From assembly GCA_013239625.1 (NCBI GenBank), contig MU054187.1, positions 18,158,711-18,222,710 on the forward strand: a stretch of 64,000 nucleotides of DNA. The letters are read 5' to 3'. Below are positions 39,750 to 52,006 of the stretch, piece after piece. The stretch comes from Lama guanicoe (Eukaryota). Both the position numbers and the translations under genes were made by a program. Below the pieces are notes generated by a model, which saw only the letters and a program-made list of their open reading frames with translations, searched no databases and was not told the origin of the DNA. Positions within the stretch are counted from its first letter, which is position 1, and every line of letters starts with the position of its first letter.

Positions 39750-40460
39750 TTCCACCCAAGCTCTCAGCTCAGGCGTGTCTGTTTACTGGTCCCTAAAGTG
39801 CGAAGCTCGACCTCGGCGCCTGAGAGCGCGCAGGGCAGACAGTGCTGAGCTGGCTTCTCCACACGGGTTAGAGCTGCCGCCGGAGATCGGCGGGCCCCAC
39901 ACCTCGCCTCCCTCGCCGCCGTCTCCCCAGGGGTTGCCATCCACCGCTCCACCTTGTTCGAAGCGGGGCTGCGGTGTTGGTTTCCAGGCACAGACGCGCC
40001 GAGGCTGACTTCCCCTGTGAGCGGCAGGGGTGGGGAAGGCCGTCCACAGGCCCACGCCGCGCGAGTGCCGCGTTCATCCGCGGGGGGCGTGGCAGCCGGT
40101 GCCCCCGGGGAGCGCGCTCGGCGACTTCGCGGCAGGGGACACGAGGGCGCTCCCGCGGCCATCGCCGCTCTGAGTACAGAAGTGGCGCCCTTGCGCAGCT
40201 CTCTGCTTACCGTCCTGCAGAGTGTGAGTGGCCAAGCAGCCAGCAACGCAGGAGCAGAGCAGCAGGAGCGAGGGTTCCAAGGGACCGCATCTTACGTCCA
40301 CAGAGGGAAACGCCTCTAAAAAGGCAAATACCATCCCCAGCTCCCTAGAGAATTAGCCATTGCTCCCAAGTGCTCCCATGTCCGCACCAAAGCTTCTGCG
40401 CAAGGTGAGTGCTTGGCTCAGCACAGTCATACCGAAAATACATTCTTCCTGGCGGGGGAG
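39750..40460. promoter_or_regulatory. CpG island / probable promoter
   Basis: only strongly GC- and CpG-rich stretch in the window; GC box ggggcgtggc near 40084; donors ACG|gtaagc (minus, 40211) and AAG|gtgagt (plus, 40404). Confidence 0.85.
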
Positions 40461-41895
40461 ATGATGGGTGAGCAAACCGGTACACATTTGCAACTAGAAA
40501 GCCCGTGCTCACACTTCCGCTTTCTCCCTCCTCTCCAGCTAAACTTTTTTTTTTTTAAGACTAAGATCGCTACTGTACTGTAAATGAGAACTTTTTGCTT
40601 TTTAATTTTGCATTTCTCTTACTGAATGTCCTCACTGAGGTGAGAAACAAGACAAGGAAGAAATCACAGAAAAGCAAGAAATTGATAAGTGAAAGAAAAT
40701 CTATTACCTTTCGTATGTTTACATGTGTGTCCTGCATTTGGCAGGGGGGTGGGTGGGGATGAATTAGTTCACATATTTCAGATTTTCTTTTCCCTCAGAA
40801 TCAAGAAGTTCTCTACTCTAGAACAAAAGAAAAAAAATTGAAGGTGGATTCTTTCACAAAGTACCTCAATCCGGATATTTTTCAATCAGATTGAGCCCAA
40901 AGGAGAAAGGTATCTTCTGGCAAACACCAAATTTAGAACCCATTCTTATTGCTAAACTATAATTATGTTGTCACTGTCTTGCCTTTGGAGCTTTGGGAAG
41001 CACTAATTTAATTTTAAGGGACTCCCTGAAGCTCACTATCAAGTAACTCCATTCTTAATACCTTCAGCATGTCTCTCCCTTTCTACCTAGTAGCTCTGTA
41101 GGTTAAAACCTCTGGTTGCTTTACCTATCTGCAAGACACTAGAGAATAAAATCTTCTCTAGACTGTTCCAAAGAATTAAACATCCAGAAGTCAGATTATA
41201 TTTTCTTGCACTGAACTAAAAGATATAAAAATAAAAGGGAACTGAAATAAATCCCATTTAGAGGCAATGAGTCACTTTTCCAATTTTCATTGCTTCATCC
41301 CGTATAGGAATACCCTTTCTCCTATGTTATCTGTCATCTTCCAGTAATCTACAAGCAGGGTTTTCTTAGCAGCGTTGTAGCTGGGGAACACGTGCAGAAC
41401 CTTTCTGCTAAATCCACATTATGTTGCTTCACCTTTTCCACATTTCTATTTAGTTTAAAATTTTGAATCTGTCTTCCCAAGTATTAGGAGTCCAATTATG
41501 CTTCAGCTTAAACCTTGTTGCCTTGAAATTTTGTAATTTAAAGTGATCTGAAGAGTTAGGGAGTTTTCAGTGTGTATAATCAGAATCCATTAAACTATAA
41601 ATAAGTATCTTAATGTAAAAATAATTTTAGTAATCATATATGAGAATCAAATTAAATGTTTCCTTTCCATCTAATCCCAAATTTCCAATGATACCTCCTT
41701 TTGGTCCAATTTCACACCCTTTTTTCTATAATAAGTCAAACCTCTTGGAGGTACTCGTTGGTTTTACTTTTTATGTAGTTACTATGCATATTCACCCTTC
41801 TTTTCTTATCTACTCATTTATCTATGTGAGAAATGTGTTGACATACAGTATTTTATTATGGAAGAAAAATCTTTACCTGATTCGTTATCCTCCAG

Positions 41896-41907
41896 CCACT
41901 ATGAAAG
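41896..41907 (+). other. candidate 12-nt micro-exon (or 3' end of a longer exon)
   Basis: ttatcctccag|CCACTATGAAAG|gtaagt. Confidence 0.3.
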
Positions 41908-42509
41908 GTAAGTGTTCTACTGTTACACTGTATTCCTCTTATTTTTGCTCATTGCCTAAGAAACTCCCAAATTATATTTCCAAATTCTAAAGCATCCGAA
42001 TCTCTGCTTCCATGAAAAATTTATAAATACATACTGAGTTATAGCATTAACAGAGTAGGCTTCAGAAAAATTAATACATTAGATCATGGAGTCATAAGTT
42101 GCCCTAAAAAAAGGCTGAAACCTGCCACTCTGTTTTCTTTTCAGCTTGATTTGGTAGCTATTTAATTCCCTCTCTTCAGTACAGACTTCTTTCAACAATT
42201 GCCAGGATTCTGGTCGGACCTCTGTGGCCTGAATTGCTCCCTTTCCTGATATGAGAAACACCTCTCAGCTCTCAGTGTCTGTTATCTTCCACGTGACACA
42301 AAATCACTATACCTCACACACTTTTCATTGCTAAATAAAGTCTGCAAGTTTTCCCCATATTCTTGACCCTTGAACACTATATCTAAAAATATGCCTTGCA
42401 TCAGGCATCCAGAATAAGAAAACATTACTAATACTGCAGGCCTCCAGGTCTGTTCAGGTTCATTCTTTCATTCGTGACTTTAGATCCATTAGAAGAGAAG
42501 AATGTCCTG

Positions 42510-42680
42510 TAGTGGTGAGAACAGGGGTGGTGGACTAAGTAGGACCTGGTTCAAATGCAGCCTGTACCTAGTACGTGACCTTGAGCAAGGTCGTTTTTGC
42601 ATCTCACCTGTATACTGAGGATGCTTAAATGAGACAGCATAGGAAAAAACACCCAATGTGTTCTAGACACGTAATCCACA
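42510..42680 (+). mobile_element. MIR
   Basis: gacctggttcaaat...gtgaccttgagcaag...ttaaatgaga. Confidence 0.65.
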
Positions 42681-42967
42681 TTCTGGTGTTTTAATGTCTT
42701 GATAATGTTCTTTATAAGAATGTTTAGTGTTTAGTGTCTTTTTCCTGATAACCCACAACCCTCAGTTCCTTATTTCCCCGAAGGACTTCCTTCATTGTGC
42801 AAGTACAATTTAAAATCCTTTGACCTAATCCTTAAACCTTTTAGCCTGGGTTCTAAATTTACCTTCTGGCAAGGATATGTGTCCAGCACAACTGAAGCAT
42901 AAAATAACTGACACAGGGAAGCAGACAGGTGTCTCACTTTTACTTTTGGGATTTTAATTTATCTAGG

Positions 42968-43486
42968 TGACTGAGTGACAACACAGAAAGGTCACTGCTA
43001 TTGAAAGAAGAATTTATTACTTACATTTCCTGAGAGAAGGGGGCATGCCATGCCATGCCATGCCATGCAGGGCCACGTGGGAAGCACCAGGTTTAGTCAG
43101 GGAGCAGAAGCAGGACTGGAGGTGGAGCCTAGACCAGAATGTTTATTGGGGTTTCCCCGGGAAAGGCAAGGCGGGTCAGGGAAAATAATTTAGGATTGGC
43201 TAGTTTGAATCATATTGGCAGGTTTTGAGCTATAGGAGTCTCCAGCTGCCTGGGATGCTTTAGGACAGAGGAAATAATGACTTACTGTGTAAATTAAAAA
43301 GGGGGTTATTGGGAGTATAAACTCAAGATTGGTTGATTTGCATATGAAAGACTTGCTCCTGGACACGCCATTTGTTGTCTCTAAGAATTGACTGGCTGTG
43401 GGAAGGGCAGTCTCTCCCCAGGTAGCAAAATTTTAAAGATGTCAAAATATCATAAGATAACAACAGTTTAAAACGTGATTAACACA
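42968..43486 (-). mobile_element. ERVL LTR (MER76-like)
   Basis: atttattacttac, ctctaagaattgactggc, gggcagtctctcccca, aagatgtcaaa...gattaacaca; internal (CATGC)n. Confidence 0.7.
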
Positions 43487-44111
43487 ATAGGGAAAAGAGA
43501 AAGGAAATCAGTTGTCTGATGTTAACGGGAAACATTTCAGAAATGAGGAATGATAAACTCCACTTTTAATAGAGAAATGCATTTCAGCCATGATGCATTT
43601 TTTTTTTCAGCATAGTGAAAACACTAAGTGTTTTTAATGAACCTCTCATCAGTGCCTCTACACAACCTTGCCATACCAATTCCTTCCCTGTGAGTACTTC
43701 TTTTAACATGACGATGAAAAAATAGCCCTCATTTTTCTTAGCCACATCTGCTTCAGTAGAGGTTGCAGGGGAAATGTGGTTCCCTAAGTCAGAGCTGAAG
43801 TATAAACCTTCCCTCTTTTCCCCACACACACATCCACATCTTTACTTCTGAACATAACGTCAGGCTCAAAATCAGCATTCTCTGCTTCACCTATGTAGCA
43901 ATTCTTTGAGGGCTTAACTTCTGTTAGAGGCTCTGCCATGCCCTTGAGCTTGAAACATCAGTAAAATCAGACCACCTTTCTAGAAGCTCAAAATCACTGA
44001 AACAAGTTAATATGACACAGTGGGATAAACAGAGTAGTAACGTTTATCCAAGTAATAATAGATTAGCAAAAGTAGATTAGTAATAATAGACAAGTAAAAG
44101 TTTGCTTAAGT

Positions 44112-44280
44112 CTGTGCTGCCCCATGGAGTATCCACCAGCTAGCACATATCATTCTGTGATAAATTATACTGCTAATCCGAACTGAGATGTGCTGTTACG
44201 TGTAAAGGACACACTGGATCCCATAGACTTGGTGAGGAAAAAAATAAATTAAAACATCTCATTAATAATTGATAATGATA
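44112..44280. mobile_element. hAT-Charlie relic (MER33/Charlie1-like)
   Basis: tgagatgtgctgttacgtgtaaaggacacactgga...catctcattaataat. Confidence 0.65.
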
Positions 44281-44618
44281 AGCAACATGTGTCCTTCAAT
44301 TCAAGCTGTTCATAGAAATTGCTTTTTCTCTTAAAGCAGTGAAAAAAAAAAAGATCGATTTCTTCCCATTCACCTAGGCAACACGAATAATGTCTAGATA
44401 AACATGTCTACCAGGAGGAACTGTTAAGAGAAGGGCCTTGAAGGAATTGTTATGCCTCATGGAGCAAAACTACTCTTTCCCAAAGAAAAGGCACACAGCC
44501 TGGAGAAGAAGAAATACATTCGTCTCTATTTGCAGATGACATGATTGTCTATGTAAAAAATACTAATGAATCTATTTAAAAAAAAAAAGCGGGGGGGGGG
44601 GGATTTTAAAAAAAAAAG

Positions 44619-44700
44619 NNNNNNNNNNNNNNNNNNNNNNNNNNNNNNNNNNNNNNNNNNNNNNNNNNNNNNNNNNNNNNNNNNNNNNNNNNNNNNNNNN
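44619..44700. other. assembly gap (82 N)
   Basis: run of n. Confidence 1.
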
Positions 44701-44871
44701 GGGGGGGGGGACTTCTAAAACTAAGTGAGTTCATCAAGGTCCCAGAATACGAGATGAGCACACACACATATCAGTCATATTTCTATGATTGCAACAAATG
44801 TGTGGAGACCAAAACTTAAAATACAGTGCCATATACAGTCACTCCCCCAAAATGAAATAGTTAAGTAAAGA

Positions 44872-44906
<35 letters not shown>

Positions 44907-45363
44907 AAAGAAAAACATGTACCAGTTCTGCATGCTGAAAATTACAATATACTGACATGAGAAATCAAAGATCTTAAATGGACTTATTGAGTTCATGGAC
45001 TGGAAGATTCAAGATAGTAAAGATGCAACTTCTCCCCAAACTGATATATGAGTTTAATGCAAATTCTACAAAATCCCAAGATCTTTGTATGTACAGAAAA
45101 TCTTACTATAACATTCGTATGGAAAGGCAAAAGAATTAGAATTACTGAGACAATTTTGAAAAAGAAGAAATTTGGAGACATCTTTCTACCAGATGACTTT
45201 CTCACATAACTACAGTAGCCAAAAGACAGTGTGGAGACGTGTAGGTCAACAGAGCAGAGCAGGAAATCCGGAAATAGACCCACATGATTGTGCTCAATTG
45301 AATTTGGGCACAAGTGCAAGGAAATCCAGTGGAAGAAGGATAACACTTTTTAGCAAATTAATG

Positions 45364-45784
45364 TGTGAAAAGAACTATGTCAGGAATGACTGAGTCATGA
45401 CCTGAGGACCTCCATGTTTGCTGCCCATGCTGGACTCTTCTGAGCATTTTCAATTAAAACTGTTACTGAATAGTTGCTGAATTGCTAAAAGAAAGAACAA
45501 TACATAACCTTTTCCTGCACTAAAGAAAACATACTTTTCCCTAGTAACAAATGAGATGCATTTCATAAACCAATCGTATGTATAAAATAATTTTACCTTC
45601 CAATCCAAACTCTTGATAAACAAATGCATTAACTTCCCCTTTTTTTCTATAAAACCCTTACCCATTTTCCTCCAGTGAATCACTGTTCTGGGTTCCTCCA
45701 GAATCTTTGATCTTTGAATTGGCAGTTCTAAGATCAAATAAACTGTCTTTTGCCTCTTTACAGTCTGTGGTCTTTTGGTTGACA
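45364..45784 (+). mobile_element. ERV1-type solo LTR inserted in L1
   Basis: TG...ttgaCA ends, aaccaatc CCAAT, ctataaaa TATA, aataaa near the 3' end. Confidence 0.75.
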
Positions 45785-46084
45785 TGTTAAAAGGATGAAA
45801 AGATAAGCTACAGACTGGGAGAAAACATTTGCAATCCACATATCTGACCAAAACACTTGTATCTGGAATACATGAGGAACTCTCAAAACTCAGCATCAAA
45901 AAGATTTTCAATTAGAAAAATAAGCAAAAGACATGAACAGACATTTCATCAAAAAGGCAAGATGATGGCAAATAAGTGTATAAGTATCTGTTCACCATTA
46001 ACCATTAGGGAGATGCAAAAATTAAAAGCACAGTAAAAAATTACTACATTCAAATCAGAATGACTGAAATAAAGCAGTGGGGGG

Positions 46085-46630
46085 TGGGGGGGTGACATCA
46101 GCAAGATGATAGGATAGGAATTTCTAGTGCACATCTCCTCTCAGAGACATCAATTTGAATAGCTATCCACTCACAAAAATAACTTTATAAGAGCTGGGGA
46201 TTTCAGCTGAAGGATGACAGCACCAGGGTGAAACATTGAAATAAGAAAAGACACGCTGAAGAGGGGAGGAAAGACAGGTGCCCATTACTGTCTGTCCCTC
46301 CTCCCCAGCATCAGGTAGCCCAGAGAAGTCCTCCCTGTGGAGGCAAGGACAGTGAAGTGAGTACCAGCCTTCACCAGGGACCCAGCACCAGCCCCACACC
46401 CGCCCTGGCTGGCTCCCACAGGGGGCCATTCCTGTGACCCAAGCTCAGGGGGGGCTCCCACAAATCCAGATTCCAAACCCATCCTGGCACCAGCCAGCTC
46501 CAGGCAGGCTCCCAAGGACCAAGGCTCCTGGCCTGTGGTCCTCCATGCCATGTGGTCCCTGCAGCCCCAGCATCCATGAACCCAGATGCCAGGCTCACCC
46601 CGGTGGTCCCAGGCACCCAGCTAACCATTT
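46085..46630 (+). mobile_element. old L1 5' UTR fragment
   Basis: gtgacatcagcaagatg...ggatagga start motif then C-rich ccagg/cccag arrays typical of CpG-decayed L1 5' UTR. Confidence 0.7.
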
Positions 46631-49600
46631 GAATTTCAGGTTCCACCTAACAATATATTGTTATACTGACTTTCTTGGCCAAATATTTCTCTCAGAGATG
46701 TTATGGGGTGGGATTGCTATGTCTAGGAAGAATTCATATACTCTGGGCTTCCCTGGTCATAACACCTCCATAATAACATTGTTATCTCAAGTCTAACACG
46801 ATCACGTGTCATTTTAAAAAATCTATGCTGAATTATACAAAACAGCAATTTGGGGATTGGAACCTTTCTCTGAAATCCAAGAGAAGGGAATTCTCTGGAG
46901 AGCCAGTTTTCTGAAACCATTTGGGCTTCACTTCAGTGATTCTACCTCCTAAGTAGAATTTAAACAATCTCCTGGAATATAACTCTCATTAGTATTTCTC
47001 CTCCTTGGGAGGAAGCAATGAAAATAACAGAATGAAGAGTTTGATATTATTTTTTTCACTCAAGAACCTACAGAACTTTCTATTTGAGATTTTATTTAAA
47101 AAAAAAAAGAGAGGGAAATATTGCTTGAGAAGAATGAGTCTGCATTCTGGATTGAACTGTCACTTACTCTCTGTCCATCCATTGTAACTAGTAACCACCC
47201 ATTACGAAATCTGAGCCTATTTGTGGCCTGATTCCTCCTCATCGCTCTTGCTCTGAGTCATTGTTTTGATCTGCTTTCCAGTCCCACGCTGATCTCTGTC
47301 CCAAGCTGACCCATGCTGGGTGCATTTTAATTGGATCAGAGCTGTTGCACTTACTGCGAACAATTTTTATTCCCCCTTTCCCCAACTGCTCGGTGTGCAA
47401 TCCTTCAGTTGCCCTGTCTTGATCTTCATCCCTCCAGCTGTGTTTGCTATGAGCTGTGCAATGCTGAGGTGACAGAGGCACATCTACATCACTGCCTGTC
47501 CCCTTCTGCTAATGTCTACTACAAAACGCTACATAGACCACCACTGGATGGGGGCGTGGGGGCGTGGTTATGAGTCCCTAGACATGGGGAAAGGAAAATT
47601 ACTTGGGATGCTAAAGTTTTTGGAGGCAACTCCCTCCTTCCACCGACCCATTCTCCAGGTTGAGGCAAAGGAAGAAAATTAACCAAAATAACTGGTACCT
47701 TTTTTTTTTTTAATTTGAGACCCTCTTACTTCTATGCACTCTTTATGTTGTTAAAGACTGACTTTACCATGTCTCATTTTTACCCTAGAAACTCTGGAGA
47801 AATATGTGCTTCTCTTAAGGCATCAGATAACTCTGTACACATCCACTGTTTATTCTGGCCCTTGTGGTCGGCTTATGGTTGATATTTACTGGTGAGCTAA
47901 GGATATTATTAGCGATATTGAGAAAAAAATGAGATCCTGAATTTAACAAGATAGAGGTCAAATGAAAGGCAAACACACTGCATACAAGTCAGAGATGAAT
48001 GACAATTTTGGTCTTAATCAGAGTTGCAGAAAAGACTTTGCGTGACTCTTGACTCAGTCAACAGGAAAGCAGTTTACATTTCATGTCTGAGACAGAACAA
48101 TCCGTCACTTAGAAATATTTGGGTCAATAATACTAGTACTAGCTGAGAAGAAAATCATGATGTGAACGTGAGCGTGATCCTAAATAAACCAGATAACCAG
48201 AAAGATTCTAAGAGCAGAAAATTTCCTTCCTTTTCTTCATATTTTATATATGAATATCCTGTCCCCATGAGACTGCGAGATGATATGTGGTTTACAAATT
48301 TCATCTGGATTAGAAAATAATTAGATTCTCGGCATCTTTACAATATGATGAATTTTACTTTCAAACATTTAGCAAAAGTTAGCAGGAAAAAACAGTCTCT
48401 TAAGGAAGCATATTATGAGATGGAGAAAGATGATTTGGGCATATACAGATACAAAGAAAAGAGAATAAATTGAAATATTTCATTTTTCAACAAAATGACT
48501 GAAGACTTGGATCTCAAGCAATTTTCTATTCAAGCTTATCTTTAAAAAAAAACACACTGTATAGGTCTTTGAGCTCAAAAACAAAGGTTGTTGCTATATG
48601 CAAATACTTTGTGATAAAATAATTAAAAATCACACACACGTAAATGTTTAAGGCAGAGCTGTCTCTGTTTACCATAAATCTTAGACCCAAATTCATTTAT
48701 TCCAAATAGGATGTCACACTGCAGTTTATTGTATACTCACAGGGTGGCTGGCAGAGATTTTTGCCCACGCCCCAAACTCTGCCGCATTGTCTAGGCAATG
48801 CTTTATTGTATCCTTAAGCATCCTTCCGCAGGAGGAAAAAAAACTGAGCTGCTTCGTTCTGGCTCCTCTTGAAACTGCTCAGCTGTCCTGCGGTGTTCTA
48901 TTTGCACTCTCCAGCCTAGGAGGTTGCTATGCAGCAAGCAGTGTTTCCCTGCCCAGAGACTTGCTGTTTCAAGGGCTCCTTGCTCTGGGTTTTCTGTTTA
49001 ATGGTAAAAGGATTTGATAAAGCAATATTGGTCAAGCTTTCATGTTAAATTGTCCAATGTCCTTGATATGGTGACCCTTTTAGCAACAGCACTCCATTTG
49101 TCTCAGGAACATAACGTATGTTAGATTTGCAGTGCTGTTCAATGCTCATTCAGTCCAGCATCACCCGTTTACAGATGAAGAAAGTGAGGCTCAGAGAGCT
49201 GAAATGGAATGTCTAATTTCTGGGAAGATAAATGTCTTATAGTCCTGAGAACCCAAACTCCAAGTATACATCCAGCTATCAGAAAGATCATCAGGGAGAG
49301 TGAGTCACTGAGAGTGAGTCACCATTGGATAAAGGACTCCCTGGGGTATGAAAGCCCTTGTAAATAACCCTTCCTTTTGCTCTTGGTCTCAGATCAAGGA
49401 ATGAATGGATTTCAGCAATCAAAAAAAAAAAAAAAAGGATTTTAAAAAAAAAAAAAAAAAAAAAGCACATAACACATAAACACTTAAATTCAGAATACAT
49501 ATTATCTCTGAAATTCACTTATGAATACTCTGTGTTATGGATCCTATTCTAAATTGTCTACATGTCAAGAGCATTCATTGTATGCTAAATCAATTATTGC

Positions 49601-49639
49601 TTTTTCCTGTTGATATTCATTGTGTACATACTACCATCT

Positions 49640-50060
49640 AGGAGATGTACGTATATTTAGATATTCAATCCTTTTAAAAATTCTACAGATCATAACTATT
49701 ATAATCTTCATATTATGGATGAGGAAATTGATACACAGAGACATTAAGCCACTAGACTAAGGTCACAGAGCCAATAAGTGGTAGTATCAACGTATCAGCA
49801 TGCTAATTTAGGTTGCCTGGTTCCAAAGTTGGAACATGCTTTTAACCACTAGGTCATATGATTTATCTAGCATCTATAGCAGGCCAGTCACTTTTGCTAA
49901 CTATTTTAAGTTTCCCAAACCTCTCTTTGGAGGTTATCATTATTACTCCCATTTTTCATATGAGGATGTTGAGGTTAATAGATATGAAGACCAGTGTCGA
50001 TAAATCTAGTAAGTTATCAAACTGAGAATTGGAAACAGATTTTCTACCATATGATGCAGC
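49640..50060 (-). mobile_element. two adjacent MIRs
   Basis: gatgaggaaattga...aaggtcacagagccaataagtgg; ccatttttcatatgaggatgttgagg. Confidence 0.7.
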
Positions 50061-50074
50061 ATTTTTTTCTCTAC

Positions 50075-50420
50075 AGCAGCCAATAGAATTTTCCACATTG
50101 ATGGAAATGTCCAGGATGGTAGACACTACTCACATGTGGCTGTTGAACACTTGCATTTTGGCTAGTAGTAACTGAAGAATTTATTTTTAATTTTATTTAC
50201 TTTTTGTTTAAATAATCATACATGGCCAGGGGCTGCCATATTGGACATCAGGGCTCTAGAACCTCACTCTTCAAAGTGTGGTCCATGGGCCAGAACCTGA
50301 GTGTTGTTAGACATGCAGACTGCAAGTTTTACCCCAGACCTACGGAATCAGAGTCTGAATTTTAATAAGAACTCCAGGTATTTTATACACACATTAACAT
50401 TTAAGAAGTGTGATTCTAGA
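50075..50420. mobile_element. MER3-like element followed by MER5-like element
   Basis: ccaatagaattttc...cacatgtggctgttgaacactt...ccatattggaca; caaagtgtggtcc...ccccagacctacggaatcaga. Confidence 0.8.
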
Positions 50421-50659
50421 TCACACCACCACTCATATTATTTGTCAAGACCAAAATAATAAACCATTTAGTTTCAAGAGCCTTTACTCACCAATTCTTT
50501 TCCAAATTAAGGATTTGTCACCTCTCCCCTCCATGCAATATAAATATAAGCTTTGAAAGAAAAAAAAATTATTGGAAGACCTCAGGCAAATTCGTATCAC
50601 TCAAGAGTAAATCATAGCGTGGAGATTGGCACTATTTGCAGCTGGAGCAAATTATGAAA

Positions 50660-51650
50660 ACTAAATCAGATCATGAAGAGAGAAAATTTAGATCATGAAA
50701 AGGTGTGTGTATTATGCTAGGAAAGTTGGACATTACCCTATCGGTAATGATCATCTTTAAGGGACATTAAGCTGAAGCGTTACATGTTATATGTAGGTAA
50801 TCTCAACGGCGGTGTGGAGAATAGATTGGTTTAAAGACCAGCTAGGAAACTACCAGTCAAACCAGGTAAGAGATGATGAGTGATTGGTAAGTGTTAAGAG
50901 TAGTAAGAGATGAGGTAGTGGCAGCTGGAATAGATCATAAGGAACAAATTCGAGGAATACTTAGAAGAAAAAAAATGGACAGGATTACATGAATGAATGT
51001 GAAAGACAAGAAAGAGAGAAGATAAAAACAAGGTTTCTACCTTGGGTGACTAGGTTATCGCCTCCCATAACCCAGATCACCTAGGTTATTGCCTCCTGGT
51101 GACATAGAGAATGCAGGAGGCAGCCACAGATACAAGCTCAGCTCAGGAATACTGAAGATTAAGTGCCTTTGGACAGGTAGGAAGATACATATATATCTCC
51201 TCCTGGCAGCAACTGGCTAGGCAAGTTTAAATTTCATCAGACATATTTGGGCTATAAGATGTAAATTTTGGGATCAACAAAGTCTAGGAGGAAATTGAAA
51301 TAGATTAGTCAGAAAGAATATGCAAGGTGGAAAGTTTCCACAACATTTTAGCAGGATTGTGGAGGAGGACGAGAAGTCTGCAAGGACTAAGCTACATTAT
51401 AAGGACCAGGTGGGATCTTACAAGCCAAGAGAGTAGTTTGCAATGATTGACAGTGTCAACTGAAACAGAAATGCCAAGTAAATGAACGTCAAAAATACCA
51501 CTTTAGTTTGGTAATTACTTGGTCGCTAGTGACCTTACAAAACAGTATCAGTGGAGTGGCTGGGATGGAAACCAGATGCAAAAGAATAAAAAGTAAATGG
51601 GAGGTCAGTAAATTAGGGCAGTGAATAGAGATTCTTCTTTGAAAAGGTTT
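50660..51650 (-). mobile_element. L2 relic
   Basis: ccaggtaagagatgatg, tttgggatcaaca, aagccaagagag, ggtcgctagtgacctt, cagtggagtgg...aaaccagat. Confidence 0.8.
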
Positions 51651-51756
51651 ATATAATTTTATACCAAGTATTACGGATCAAGGAGATTAAAGGAGACATG
51701 CAAAGAGTCTAATTAAGCAACTTCTGCTATCTCCAAAAGGAAAACATCTTATTTAC

Positions 51757-51826
51757 CTGTGAGTGGCCCTTGTGCTGGCACTGCATGGAAAGAGAGACCC
51801 AGATGAAACAAAACCAAAAGCAGCAT
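51757..51826 (-). CDS. candidate signal-peptide-like first coding exon (unverified)
   Basis: aaaacATG, MLLLVLFHLGLSFHAVPAQGPLT+G, then CAG|gtaaat phase-1 donor. Confidence 0.25.
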
Positions 51827-52006
51827 GTTTTGAACAATGAAGAACAAAACTCTATTCTGAGTGATGGATATAAAGAGATGCAAGATGCAGTTTGTGGTCC
51901 CCCAGTCTCATCATAATGTGTAGAAACAGCAGCAGAATAATCAGGTATGAAGTGATCAGGGAGCAGGTGAGAGTCAGAGCTCAAACATGACTTAGGCACC
52001 AGTGAA

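Larger units (their letters stand above)
44515..46070 (+). mobile_element. decayed L1 ORF2 region, interrupted by a gap and an LTR
   Basis: tctatttgcagatgacatgattgtctat (FADDM motif), gaaatagacccaca, gactgggagaaaacatttgcaa. Confidence 0.9.

Noticed and set aside
39724..40348. Several overlapping 70-160 aa ORFs
   Set aside because: Expected from stop-codon scarcity in GC-rich DNA; Ala/Arg/Gly/Pro-rich with no recognisable domain.
40378..40404. MSAPKLL resembles the TYRP1 N-terminus
   Set aside because: Similarity stops after 7 residues and no downstream TYRP1 sequence is present.
44515..45355. Reverse-transcriptase FADDM motif as an active RT gene
   Set aside because: Decayed L1 ORF2 with stops, frameshifts and insertions.
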